Origin: Candidatus Caldarchaeum sp.
GTDB taxonomy: Archaea > Thermoproteota > Nitrososphaeria_A > Caldarchaeales > Caldarchaeaceae
Reading direction: 5' to 3'
DNA length: 64,000 nucleotides
NCBI GenBank assembly: GCA_038844785.1
Contig: JAWBRA010000006.1
Location: forward strand, 8,244 to 72,243
Shown in pieces: positions 30,726 to 39,496 of the stretch (positions within the stretch are counted from its first letter, which is position 1; the number at the start of each line of letters is the position of its first letter). Position numbers and translations under genes: made by a program. Below the pieces are notes generated by a model, which was not told the origin of the DNA, did not search any database, and saw nothing but the letters and a program-made list of their open reading frames with translations.

Positions 30726-30742
30726 ACCTGCTGGTGAAAAAC

Positions 30743-31654
30743 CTACGGCATGATGTTTCGGACAGCGTCAACGAGCTCATTCAAATTCTGATATGTTCTG
30801 TCAGGTATTTTGGCGAGTATTTCCGAGACCCTTGCCCTCTGTCGTCTTGTTTTGTCGAACAGCTTCCATCCATGTCTGTCGATTAGATGCTGTTTGCTGG
30901 CTGGAAAGACCGCGTCATCCATCACCTCGGCGAACGACTCCACCCCCGTGCTGCTTGTAACAGGAGCCATCTGTCCCGTGTTTCTGTAAACCTTCAACCT
31001 CGCCGCATCCACATACATTCTAATTCCATGGAAGCTTAGGAAAACTCTCTTCGACGGAGTATTTTCAGCTTTCGTGTTTATCTCCACGACCTCGCTGTCG
31101 TCAAACTGATACATGTTGTGAACCCCTCTGCCGAAGAGCCGTGAATAGGTTATCCCCTCGTCGTAGTATTTCGGCATTTCCCTCGAGATGTCCGTCACAT
31201 GGATTATGCCGATGTCCATCATCGTTTTGAAAGATTCTGCGGCTACCGGGCCTCTGGCCTCAAGCCCAACTTTGACACCGTCGCAATCCACGCTCGAGAA
31301 GAAAGTGGTGAGGAGCATGCTGGTTATGCTGAGTGTTGGAGGTGTTTCTAAAACGAGCAGGGGAGCGTGTAAAACCCTGCAAACATCAACGCAGTGTTCA
31401 AAGGCTTTGAAACACTGCTCCACAGCCCTCAACCCATACACATGCGTGACATGTCTGTGACATTTGACCGTGAAGACGAATTTTTCATCGACCGTTGAAC
31501 GCCACGACATACACTGGCTCAAAGGAACCTTCTTGTAGAACGTGCTGTTCACTTCGACGAAGTCGAAAGCTTTGCTGTATTCGCGGAGGCTGTTTCTCCC
31601 AGGGATTATGAAGTACTGCCAACCACCTGCACCGATGAGAACCTCACCAGCCAT
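30743..31654 (-). CDS. DUF72 (YecE-like) TIM-barrel protein with C-terminal DUF2795-like helical domain
   Basis: IGAGGWQY, FVEVNSTFY and FTVK motifs; C-terminal FPASKQHLI...LAKIPDRTYQNLNEL. Confidence 0.8.
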   Translation of the reverse strand: MAGEVLIGAGGWQYFIIPGRNSLREYSKAFDFVEVNSTFYKKVPLSQCMSWRSTVDEKFVFTVKCHRHVTHVYGLRAVEQCFKAFEHCVDVCRVLHAPLLVLETPPTLSITSMLLTTFFSSVDCDGVKVGLEARGPVAAESFKTMMDIGIIHVTDISREMPKYYDEGITYSRLFGRGVHNMYQFDDSEVVEINTKAENTPSKRVFLSFHGIRMYVDAARLKVYRNTGQMAPVTSSTGVESFAEVMDDAVFPASKQHLIDRHGWKLFDKTRRQRARVSEILAKIPDRTYQNLNELVDAVRNIMP

Positions 31655-31660
31655 CCAGCG

Positions 31661-32842
31661 ATGAGAACGCTTAAAGCATTTGATAAGCTTTTAACAGTCA
31701 GCTTGGGTAGGATACTGCTGGGGACGAGCGGCTGGAGCTACGACGAATGGGTCGGGCCTGTTTACAAGAGTAAGAACGAGCCGAAGTTAAGGCGATACAG
31801 CAGCTTCTTCAAAACAGCTGAGATGGATTCAAGCTTCTACGCATATCCGAGAAAGGAGACGGTCATGGCCATGGCCGACAACGTTCCCGAATATTTCGTG
31901 TTCACGGCGAAGGCGCCGCAGGAAGTAACCCACAACCTCAAGCTGGATGTAAGGGCTGGAGCCGACAAAGCCCTTCAGAGATTCACGGAGGTTATGAGGC
32001 CGTTGAACAACGCAGGCATGCTTGGATGCATACTTCTCCAGCTTCCGCCTAAGATGGAGAACAACCCCGAAAAGCTGGAAACATTCCTCGAAGCCGTTGA
32101 CAAAGACTTCAGATATTCCGTCGAGTTCAGACATCCATCATGGCTCAACGAACAAACATACAGAATACTGGGGAAGAACAATGTTGCCTACACAATCGTC
32201 GACGAGCCTCTGCTGCCGCCGACAGTGAAGGTTACAGCAGACTTTGCGTACGTTAGATGGCATGGAAGAGGGAGTGAGCCATGGTACAACTATCTCTACA
32301 GCGTTGAAGAGCTTGTGGAATGGGTTCCAAGGCTGACAGCTGTTGCCGAGAAAGTTGACGTCGTGTACGGGTATTTCAACAACCACTTCCACGGATACGC
32401 CGTCTACAACTGCGTACAGGTTTTGGAAATGCTCGGCCTTGCAGAGGAAAAGCATGCAAACCTCAAGCAGCAGATAGAGAACTACTTCGACATGATGGGT
32501 CTGGAGAGGACGGGGGCCCGGGACGATTTTACAAGGCTTCTCTCCATGTTTGTGGACAGGCGGCGGCTTGAACGTGCGTCGGAGATAGCTGTGGAATCGG
32601 TCACCGTGTTGGAGGACGACGGAGCCAGAATTAGGGCTAAAGTGAAAGAATACACGGTAGAGATAGACACCGCGTCCAAGAGAGTTTACCACGACTGTCA
32701 AGACTGGGCTAGGACGTCAAAAAACAAGAAGCTATGCAAACATGTGGCAAAACTGCTCGAAACGCTTCCCAGAGAAAGGGCAGCGCAAATGCTTAGAAGC
32801 ATGGCTGAGGATGCAGAAACCTGGCGGTTCGACACAACTTAA
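31661..32842 (+). CDS. DUF72 protein with C-terminal SWIM-type zinc finger
   Basis: GTSGWSYDEW, EMDSSFY, EFRHPSW, YVRWHG and YFNN motifs; C-terminal HDCQDW...LCKHV. The start may be the TTG at 31703. Confidence 0.85.
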   Translation: MRTLKAFDKLLTVSLGRILLGTSGWSYDEWVGPVYKSKNEPKLRRYSSFFKTAEMDSSFYAYPRKETVMAMADNVPEYFVFTAKAPQEVTHNLKLDVRAGADKALQRFTEVMRPLNNAGMLGCILLQLPPKMENNPEKLETFLEAVDKDFRYSVEFRHPSWLNEQTYRILGKNNVAYTIVDEPLLPPTVKVTADFAYVRWHGRGSEPWYNYLYSVEELVEWVPRLTAVAEKVDVVYGYFNNHFHGYAVYNCVQVLEMLGLAEEKHANLKQQIENYFDMMGLERTGARDDFTRLLSMFVDRRRLERASEIAVESVTVLEDDGARIRAKVKEYTVEIDTASKRVYHDCQDWARTSKNKKLCKHVAKLLETLPRERAAQMLRSMAEDAETWRFDTT

Positions 32843-32954
32843 TGAGACACTGAGCCGCTGCGTGGAGTTTTCACTATTTTGTTGATTGTTTCTACGTCTT
32901 TTTTGAAGTCGAGGCAGCCGTGTGGCAGCAGGCCACCGCCGAACGATTTAGGGA

Positions 32955-33109
32955 GGGTTGCTCTCAAGGGGTGAGAGCAGAGAGACATGATGAGCCTGCA
33001 TAGGAAGGCGGCGAAAAAGTTTTTCCACAAACCCCATGTCGGCACCGTCAAAAGCATAGAAGGAATCACAGTTCTCAGGCTGGCGGAAACCCTCCACAAC
33101 ATACTCAAA
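32955..33109 (+). repeat. 155-bp near-exact duplicate of 55416-55570
   Basis: Direct comparison shows one mismatch (GAGCAGAG vs GAGCAAAG). Confidence 0.92.
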
Positions 33110-33205
33110 CGGCTTGGAGGAGATACTTAAACGTCTTGACAGACATTGGGCGGAGCTCCTCAAGCTTAGGGAAGACATGCTACAAGGATTCAGAAGACAT
33201 GATGA
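33110..33205 (+). pseudogene. Fragment of an archaeal coiled-coil (paREP/DUF3782-like) gene
   Basis: Reads GLEEILKRLDRHWAELLKLREDMLQGFRRHD, with no start or full ORF. Confidence 0.5.
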
Positions 33206-33228
33206 TCGGGTAACGGGAAAACTTTAAG

Positions 33229-33300
33229 GAAAAAAAGGGGAGGGTTTGGCTGGAGGCAACCAGCAAGACAGCATCAAAGAACCCCAAAGAGAGGCCGGTA
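33229..33300 (-). repeat. ~110-bp dispersed non-coding element, copy B (partial)
   Basis: GGGGAGGGTTTGGCTGGAGGCAACCAGCAAGACAGCATCAAAGAACCCCAAAGAGAGGCC aligns with copies A and C. Confidence 0.75.
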
Positions 33301-33399
33301 CGTTTGGGTATGTGTCATGTATGGGTTTTACACCTATACACGTTAAATCGTTCGTCATACCGGCTTTGGGGTTTTTCTCTGCTCTCTAAGCCGGTTGTA

Positions 33400-33506
33400 G
33401 CTTCTCACACATCTAACTCTCTCCACGTCAACGTAATGCAGGCCCGCCTCTCAACAAGCATCCTAACCCTCTCCTCCAAGTCTGGAGCCCGCCTGTAAGT
33501 TATCAA
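33400..33506 (-). pseudogene. N-terminal fragment of an archaeal putative metallopeptidase gene
   Basis: Reads MITYRRAPDLEERVRMLVER/AGLHYVDVERVRCVRS with one frameshift. Confidence 0.45.
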
Positions 33507-33521
33507 CGCAGAGGAAGCGTT

Positions 33522-33612
33522 GTGGAGGTTTATGAGCTTTTACAGTAGCCAGGGCCGACGGCATTAACACCGCATTGATAGAGCTTAAGTGGAGGTTTAT
33601 GAGCTTTTACAG
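33522..33612. repeat. Two exact 24-bp direct repeats separated by 43 bp
   Basis: GTGGAGGTTTATGAGCTTTTACAG at 33522-33545 and 33589-33612. The second copy contains the stop codon of pantoate kinase. Confidence 0.85.
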
Positions 33613-34527
33613 CGCGTTCAACGTGATGGACGAGTTCGTTTCCCCGACTACTATGCGGTGCTGCGGAAACCTCGTCCTCAGCGTTGCTGCGATGTTTTCA
33701 ACGTCTTCCTCGTAGACGAGGGCGTGGACGGCTTTGCCGACCATGTTCATAGCGTAGCCCAATGTCGGAAGCCTCTCCATCGCTGTGAAAATCTCATGGA
33801 CCTGCTGGTCGACGAAGCCTGCTTCAGCTGCGAAGGCTCTCGCCTGGCTTAGGAAGTTTTCAGGCGTGGGTTTCTGGAGAATCCTCTCGATGTATGTGTC
33901 GCCGAGCCTTTCCAAGTGCTGGAGCCTTTCAACAGAGGCTATGGCGTCTGAGGTCGGTATCTGGCCCGCCACCACGGACACGATTTTGCAGCGTGAAGGA
34001 AGAGGTATCTCGTCTGTTATCGAGTGGTCCGGCGACCCCTCCCTTAAAACAAGAACCAAACCGGTCTTCCCAAAACCAGCCTCGCTGTTCAAACCAGTTC
34101 TGCATTCAAGCTCTATGTAGTGGGTTAGTTTGACTGCTTCACGGAGCGTAATAGGTTTTCCGGACAGATAGGAAAGGGACATGATAACGCCTAAGGCTGA
34201 GGCTGCGCTTGTTCCGAAACCTGTAGCTATAGGTACGTGTATCCGATGTTTAACAACTACAAAGCCCTCTAAACCGCATAGTTTTCTAGCAAGCTCCACA
34301 GCCTTCTCCGACGGCGGGAAAGACGCAGGCTTCCCGTTAATCTCAATCCTTAAACCAGACCCGCCGTCCAAAACCTCGACAGCGGTTTCAACCCCCGGCA
34401 CGAAGGAGAAACCTCCTCCCCTAGCCCCAACCCTGTCAGGGTCTTCCCGAAGTTTTCCGTTGTCCAGAACCTTGGGGGAGAATATGCTTGAAAGAGGTGT
34501 AGGCGTCTTGATGAAAGCTTTCCGCAA
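33607..34527 (-). CDS. pok: Pantoate kinase (GHMP family)
   Basis: GARGGGF, PIATGFGTSAASALG, LECRTGL and AMNMVGKAVHAL motifs. Confidence 0.8.
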   Translation of the reverse strand: MRKAFIKTPTPLSSIFSPKVLDNGKLREDPDRVGARGGGFSFVPGVETAVEVLDGGSGLRIEINGKPASFPPSEKAVELARKLCGLEGFVVVKHRIHVPIATGFGTSAASALGVIMSLSYLSGKPITLREAVKLTHYIELECRTGLNSEAGFGKTGLVLVLREGSPDHSITDEIPLPSRCKIVSVVAGQIPTSDAIASVERLQHLERLGDTYIERILQKPTPENFLSQARAFAAEAGFVDQQVHEIFTAMERLPTLGYAMNMVGKAVHALVYEEDVENIAATLRTRFPQHRIVVGETNSSITLNAL

Positions 34528-34529
34528 GC

Positions 34530-35267
34530 TTATTCACGCGCGGCTACAGGCACAGCTTTTCTCACAGCAGCAGTCAACGGCGGCAGCAAAGTCATCAGAA
34601 AAGGTATCTCCGTCAAATAAGTCCAGAGGAACCAGATGGCTGCGGCGAACAGGGGAAGGTTTTGCCCTCCACCCGCCACGGCTGGCAGGGAGAAGAACTG
34701 GCTGTATCCCCAGACCCCAAGCCCTATCATAGTTGCTCCTAGAAGAAGCCCTATTGATGACGCGGCTATAAGACCTGCGTAAACAGGCCTGTAAAGACTG
34801 TAGAAGACGCTTATCCCGAAGGAGAGGACTGCGGCGCCTAAGAAAACCGAGCCGGTTAAAGCATCGCCGAAGAAATTCATCCAAAGGGCCAGCAGAGTCA
34901 CGGTCAACGGTATAGCCTGCAACGCTACAGACAGCGACGGCCCACGTCCGGCTCTTCCGAGAGCCTTTGCAAGCACCCCTAAGACGTAGAAGCCGGCCAT
35001 GTTGGATGTGACGCCGACGGTTATGCTTAGCACGGGGTCGCCGTGGATGAGCATGTCGCTTACGAAGATTCCAATGCCCGCTCCAACCGCGCCTATGCGA
35101 GGCGAGTAGACTACGGCGAAAACCGCAGGTATGACGACCGACGGCCAGAAACGCACCGTGCCTACAACAGGCGCGAAGACCCCCAGATAAGTCAGATATC
35201 CCACACCAGCGTACAAAGCAGCGTTAGCCGCTATAAGAACGAGTTCAAGCGATTTTTTGTAGGGCAT
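34530..35267 (-). CDS. ECF transporter S component
   Basis: AALYA..GY....VRFWPSVVIPAVFAV...GAVGAGIGIFVSD; hydrophobic. Probable start is the ATG at 35267. Confidence 0.75.
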   Translation of the reverse strand: MPYKKSLELVLIAANAALYAGVGYLTYLGVFAPVVGTVRFWPSVVIPAVFAVVYSPRIGAVGAGIGIFVSDMLIHGDPVLSITVGVTSNMAGFYVLGVLAKALGRAGRGPSLSVALQAIPLTVTLLALWMNFFGDALTGSVFLGAAVLSFGISVFYSLYRPVYAGLIAASSIGLLLGATMIGLGVWGYSQFFSLPAVAGGGQNLPLFAAAIWFLWTYLTEIPFLMTLLPPLTAAVRKAVPVAARE

Positions 35268-35331
35268 AGCGATATCTATATAGTTTTGTGTCTGAAAACC
35301 TTTTCCTATATAGTTTATAGTGTCACAATTT

Positions 35332-35826
35332 TCAAACAAGCTTCTTGAGAACGTCGATCCTGACAGGTAGTTTCATGTCCCGGACCGCTAAAACCTTTCC
35401 CCGGATGTCCGACAAAACGAGTAGCTTTTGCCCTACTTTCCATGGGCGATAGTCGAAGAACTTGACTAGCGTCATGTCTTCCGACACCGCCTCTACTTCG
35501 AAGCCGTTTGCGGTGAAGCTGAAGGACGGGGTCATGGGCAGGAAGAAGAACCAGTCGTTGCCCTTTTGTTTTACAGACCTAACCACGGCACGTCTAAGCC
35601 TTCTACCCATCTTCTCGAGCCTATCTTTAACAACCATGAAAACAGATAGGCTTGTCGGAATGGTGAAAAACAGCTTAAGAAGGCTGTCCTGCCCTGTCAG
35701 ATACACGACGGCAAGGGCCGCGGAGAAGATGGTCAACACCTCCAGCTTGAGTATGAAAGCCATTCTGTCACGCTGCAGCCTACCCTCAAAGCTTACAGCA
35801 AAGGGCAGACCCATGCCATAACCCAT
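35332..35826 (-). CDS. Hypothetical membrane protein
   Basis: Two TM helices followed by a beta-rich soluble domain; co-oriented with its neighbours. Confidence 0.55.
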   Translation of the reverse strand: MGYGMGLPFAVSFEGRLQRDRMAFILKLEVLTIFSAALAVVYLTGQDSLLKLFFTIPTSLSVFMVVKDRLEKMGRRLRRAVVRSVKQKGNDWFFFLPMTPSFSFTANGFEVEAVSEDMTLVKFFDYRPWKVGQKLLVLSDIRGKVLAVRDMKLPVRIDVLKKLV

Positions 35827-35847
35827 CCAACACGAGTTGTAAAAAAC

Positions 35848-36072
35848 TTATTGCTTTAGCGTTATACCGCCACGTTTAGACAGCTTCCTCACGTATATGA
35901 TGGTTATTAAGGCCGTCCATCCTAGGGCTGCGAAAAGCCACACGACAAGGTTTAACGGCGTCAAAAGGCCGTTGAAATAAAACAGCACAAGAAGAATTAC
36001 AGGCACCGCTGTCAGCAAAACCGCCAGCAGAGTTGATTCAACGATGAATTTCATCTGTCTAGACAGCCGCAT
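35848..36072 (-). CDS. Small hypothetical membrane protein
   Basis: 74 aa with two TM helices. Confidence 0.55.
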   Translation of the reverse strand: MRLSRQMKFIVESTLLAVLLTAVPVILLVLFYFNGLLTPLNLVVWLFAALGWTALITIIYVRKLSKRGGITLKQ

Positions 36073-36151
36073 CGCTGAAAAAAGGAGCTTAACGCGAGGT
36101 AAAAAACATGCTTAAGCTGGCGGGGAGAATATCTGTTCAATTGCCTTACTG

Positions 36152-37429
36152 CTATGTTATGTTTGCTCCCAGCCTTTTCAGGTCTTCGAGGAAGCCGGGG
36201 TATGAGACATCCGCCGACTCCATCCCTAAAACTCTTAGCCCTTTACTTAACGCCAGGCCTAAGGCTGTGAAAGCCATGAAGAGCCTGTGGTCGCCGTGGC
36301 TGTCTAGCAAAACACCGCCCTCAATATCCTTACTCCCCTCTATGACAAGCCCGTCATGCTCTTCTTTCACGTTGACCCCCAGCTTTCTAAGCTCTGTGGC
36401 AACGGCTGAGATGCGGTCGCTCTCCTTCAACCGTGCGTGAGCAACTCCATACAGCCTGACAACCCCGTCGTTCAAAGCCGCCATGACCGCGGCTACTGGA
36501 AGCAGGTCAGGACTGTCTGTAAGCCTAAACTCAACGTCAACGTCTTTTGTACGGCCCTCAACCTCTATTCTCCCGCTTCCCACTATTATCCTCGAGCCGA
36601 AGGATTCGGCTATGTGTAGGATGGCCGAGTCTGCCTGAGGCATCTGCATGCCTAGGTTTGTGATTGTAGCACGTCCGCCTGTTAGGTGGGCAGCCGCTAT
36701 TATGAAGGCTGCTGAACTGAAGTCGCCGGGGATTGTGAAGTCCGCTCCCTGAAGGGTTTGAGGTTCTACGGTGAATTGTCTAAACCCTTCCACGCCTATT
36801 TTTCCTCCGAAAATCTCCACCATTTTTATGGTTGCCTCGACATAAGGTTTTGAAACAAGCTCGCCTTCAACGGAAACGGTAACTTGATGGGATGCTCTGA
36901 GGCCTGTCAGGAGGAGGGATGTTACATACTGCGATGATTCTGAGCCTTTTATCGACGTCCATCCTCCTTCCACTCCTCCGCCCTTAACCACAACGGGAGC
37001 CGTTCCAGAACCTCGTGTAGACCAGCACTCCACGCCAAGATCTCTGAGCGATTGGAGAAGAGGGCCTAAGGGCCTTCTTCTGATGCTTTCGTCTCCCGTG
37101 AGGATGGTGTAGCCTTTTTCTACGAGAGCTGAAAGACCGGTGTATATCCTGAGCGTCGTCCCCGAGTTCATCACGTTAATAACGTCTTCGGGACAGTGGA
37201 ATCTCCTGACCCCTTTTATCTCTAGAAAATCGTTTCCCTGTTTTATTTCAACGCCCAGCATCTTTGAAGCGTTGATTGTTGCCTGTGTGTCGCGTGAGAT
37301 GAGCGGTTTTCTAACGATAGATTTTTCCTCGGCAAGGCTTGCGAGGGCGACTGCCCTATGGGTGTAGCTTTTGCTGGGCGGTGCTTCAACAACACCTTCA
37401 ACCTTAGAAGGCTTTACGGAGACCGTCAT
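36152..37429 (-). CDS. aroA: 3-phosphoshikimate 1-carboxyvinyltransferase (EPSP synthase)
   Basis: PPSKSYTHRA, NSGTTLR, SSQY, PGDFSSAAF, RLKESDRI and DHR motifs. Confidence 0.95.
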   Translation of the reverse strand: MTVSVKPSKVEGVVEAPPSKSYTHRAVALASLAEEKSIVRKPLISRDTQATINASKMLGVEIKQGNDFLEIKGVRRFHCPEDVINVMNSGTTLRIYTGLSALVEKGYTILTGDESIRRRPLGPLLQSLRDLGVECWSTRGSGTAPVVVKGGGVEGGWTSIKGSESSQYVTSLLLTGLRASHQVTVSVEGELVSKPYVEATIKMVEIFGGKIGVEGFRQFTVEPQTLQGADFTIPGDFSSAAFIIAAAHLTGGRATITNLGMQMPQADSAILHIAESFGSRIIVGSGRIEVEGRTKDVDVEFRLTDSPDLLPVAAVMAALNDGVVRLYGVAHARLKESDRISAVATELRKLGVNVKEEHDGLVIEGSKDIEGGVLLDSHGDHRLFMAFTALGLALSKGLRVLGMESADVSYPGFLEDLKRLGANIT

Positions 37430-38283
37430 GGTTCATCGCCTACGGGGCTGGGGTTTATCCGACATTTGATTACCCTGCCTTCGAAGGATTGGAAGGCTTC
37501 AAAAACCCTCTCAACATCCTCCTCCCTGCATATTGCGGCGACCGCGGGCCCCGTCCCGGACAACCCTGCAGCCAGCGCACCAGCACGTAAGGCCTGTAAA
37601 GCAGGCTGCGTAGGCAGTCCAAGAGCCGCTGAATGTATTAAGCCGTTCAGAGTCATGGCTTTCCAGTAATGCCCTTCGTAAGCGAGGTTGAAGGCTAGCA
37701 GGGCAAGCTCTCTCACCGGCTCGAGCAGCTCTTTCCTAAAGTGTTTGGTGTATGTTTTGCCGGGTGGTATGTATATGACCGTCATCAAGCCGCTGTCCAC
37801 ATAATCTCTCTTCAGTATTTTTCTTTCATGGTTGTTTGTTACGACTACTCCACCCAGCATGCAGGCTGCAGCGTCGTCTAAAGCACCTGTTATCGAAGTG
37901 CCTGAGCGTATTGAGGCTTCTGCAACAAGCTTTAGAAACTCTTCCGCCGGCAGTTTCCCGTCAACTGCGTTGAGAAAAGCTTTGGCAATCGCAACCGCTG
38001 CCGAGCTTGAGCTCTTAAGCCCAACAGCCATCGGTATCTCAGACTTTGTCGAAACCCTGCATCCATTGACCGATACTCCTAAACGCTGGGCGAAAACCCT
38101 AACAACTTCCTCCGCCAGCTGCGGGTCTGACCTCACACCGTTGATCTCAAGCACAAACGAATTGCTCGACGTCAGTTCGAGGAAAGCCTCTGTCTGGAGG
38201 TTTATTCCAAGCGCAGCTCCATAACCTGTTGAGATAGCGTTCACTATTGACACGGCTCCGTACGCTTTTCCGACACCCCTCAT
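37426..38283 (-). CDS. aroK: Archaeal shikimate kinase (GHMP family)
   Basis: GAVSIVNAI, SEIPMAVGLKSSSSAA, TGALDDA and GLSGTGPA motifs. Confidence 0.92.
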   Translation of the reverse strand: MRGVGKAYGAVSIVNAISTGYGAALGINLQTEAFLELTSSNSFVLEINGVRSDPQLAEEVVRVFAQRLGVSVNGCRVSTKSEIPMAVGLKSSSSAAVAIAKAFLNAVDGKLPAEEFLKLVAEASIRSGTSITGALDDAAACMLGGVVVTNNHERKILKRDYVDSGLMTVIYIPPGKTYTKHFRKELLEPVRELALLAFNLAYEGHYWKAMTLNGLIHSAALGLPTQPALQALRAGALAAGLSGTGPAVAAICREEDVERVFEAFQSFEGRVIKCRINPSPVGDEP

Positions 38284-39116
38284 TTCTCGAACACCTTGAG
38301 CGCGTTCACCACGGCTTTCTCCATCACCTTACGGTCGGGCTCTATGCCCAACCATATCTTCAAAGCTTCAGCCCCCTGCGCCACAAGCATCTTGACACCA
38401 TTTATCGTCTTCGCACCCTTGGCCTTGGCTGTTTTGAGAAGCTTTGTCTCGACAGGGTTGTAGACCATGTCGAACACGGTCATGTTGCTGTGAAGCAGCT
38501 TGCCCGGTATGGGTGTTGAGTTGGTGTTTGGATACATGCCGACGGGTGTGGCGTTTATCAACAGCTCTGTTTCTCTCATTATATCCTCCAGCTTCATCGA
38601 GCCGAATTTGACAAACCTGCATCCCACCCCCTTTCTCTCCGCAAACCTCTTGAACATTTTCATGGTGCTAGCTCTTCTTCCGACGAAAACCACATCTCTG
38701 AACCCGCGTTTCTTCAAAGCTATGGCTGCGGCTCTGGCGGCTCCGCCCACGCCCAACACAACAACGTTTCCGTCAACCTCCTGCTGGGAGGGGATGACAG
38801 CCAGAACGCCTGCAACATCAGTGTTATAACCCACAAGCTTTCCGCCCTTTATCTTCACGACGTTCACCGCCTCAACCTCTCTGGCCGAGGTCTTAAGCTC
38901 GCTGAGATGCTTTATGATGGTGACTTTGTGAGGGATGGTTACGTTGAAGCCGAGAAAATTCATCAAAGGTGCTGAGCTGCAGAAAGCCTTCAGGTCCCGT
39001 GGCTTCACCTCAACGGGGATGTAGAAAATTTCCTCAACCCCAGCGTGACGCAACGCCGCGTTAACCATCGCTGGAGAAGCAGTGTGACCAATAGGATAGC
39101 CGATGACGCCGAGCAA
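38280..39116 (-). CDS. aroE: Shikimate dehydrogenase
   Basis: GYPIGHTASP, GFNVTIPHK, GYNTD, NATPVGM and DMVYNP motifs. Confidence 0.93.
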   Translation of the reverse strand: MLGVIGYPIGHTASPAMVNAALRHAGVEEIFYIPVEVKPRDLKAFCSSAPLMNFLGFNVTIPHKVTIIKHLSELKTSAREVEAVNVVKIKGGKLVGYNTDVAGVLAVIPSQQEVDGNVVVLGVGGAARAAAIALKKRGFRDVVFVGRRASTMKMFKRFAERKGVGCRFVKFGSMKLEDIMRETELLINATPVGMYPNTNSTPIPGKLLHSNMTVFDMVYNPVETKLLKTAKAKGAKTINGVKMLVAQGAEALKIWLGIEPDRKVMEKAVVNALKVFEK

Positions 39117-39199
39117 GCCAGACCTCAGCCAGCCACCACCCTCCTAAGCCCTCCCCAACCAGCCTGTATCTGCGAGTGCAGTATTTAATCTTCTGGAAG

Positions 39200-39310
39200 G
39201 AAAAAACAAGGGGAGAGTTGGCTGGAGGCAACCAGCAGAACAACATCAAGAAACCCACAAGAAAGGCCTACTGATACAGCCGGGCCATATCAAATAGATA
39301 CAGACTGTTA
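39200..39310 (-). repeat. ~110-bp dispersed non-coding element, copy C, at the left edge of the sulfur island
   Basis: Aligns along its length with the reverse complement of 3859-3972. Confidence 0.8.
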
Positions 39311-39496
39311 AACGTAGGGGAAAAGAGGCTTCGGAGCCATCTTCCCAAGACCGGAATAAGGTTAGCATGCTTCCATACGCCCGTGGGTGAACGAATGTTA
39401 AACGATTGTGATATTTTGATATTTTGAATATTTAAAGTATTTTTGTCGCTGCGCAATTTTTATATGTCGGACAACCGCTTCAAAAATGAACGGAAT

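Noticed and set aside
32839-33178. ORFs 32839-33108 and 32948-33178 as real genes
   Set aside because: They read antisense through the duplicated fragment and the patchwork junctions.
33522-33612. Mini CRISPR array
   Set aside because: Only two repeats, no GAAA(C/G)-type end, no cas genes, and one copy overlaps a gene's stop codon.
39061-39258. Small hydrophobic (type I toxin-like) peptide encoded by the 110-bp repeat
   Set aside because: The reading frame is not conserved among the three copies.
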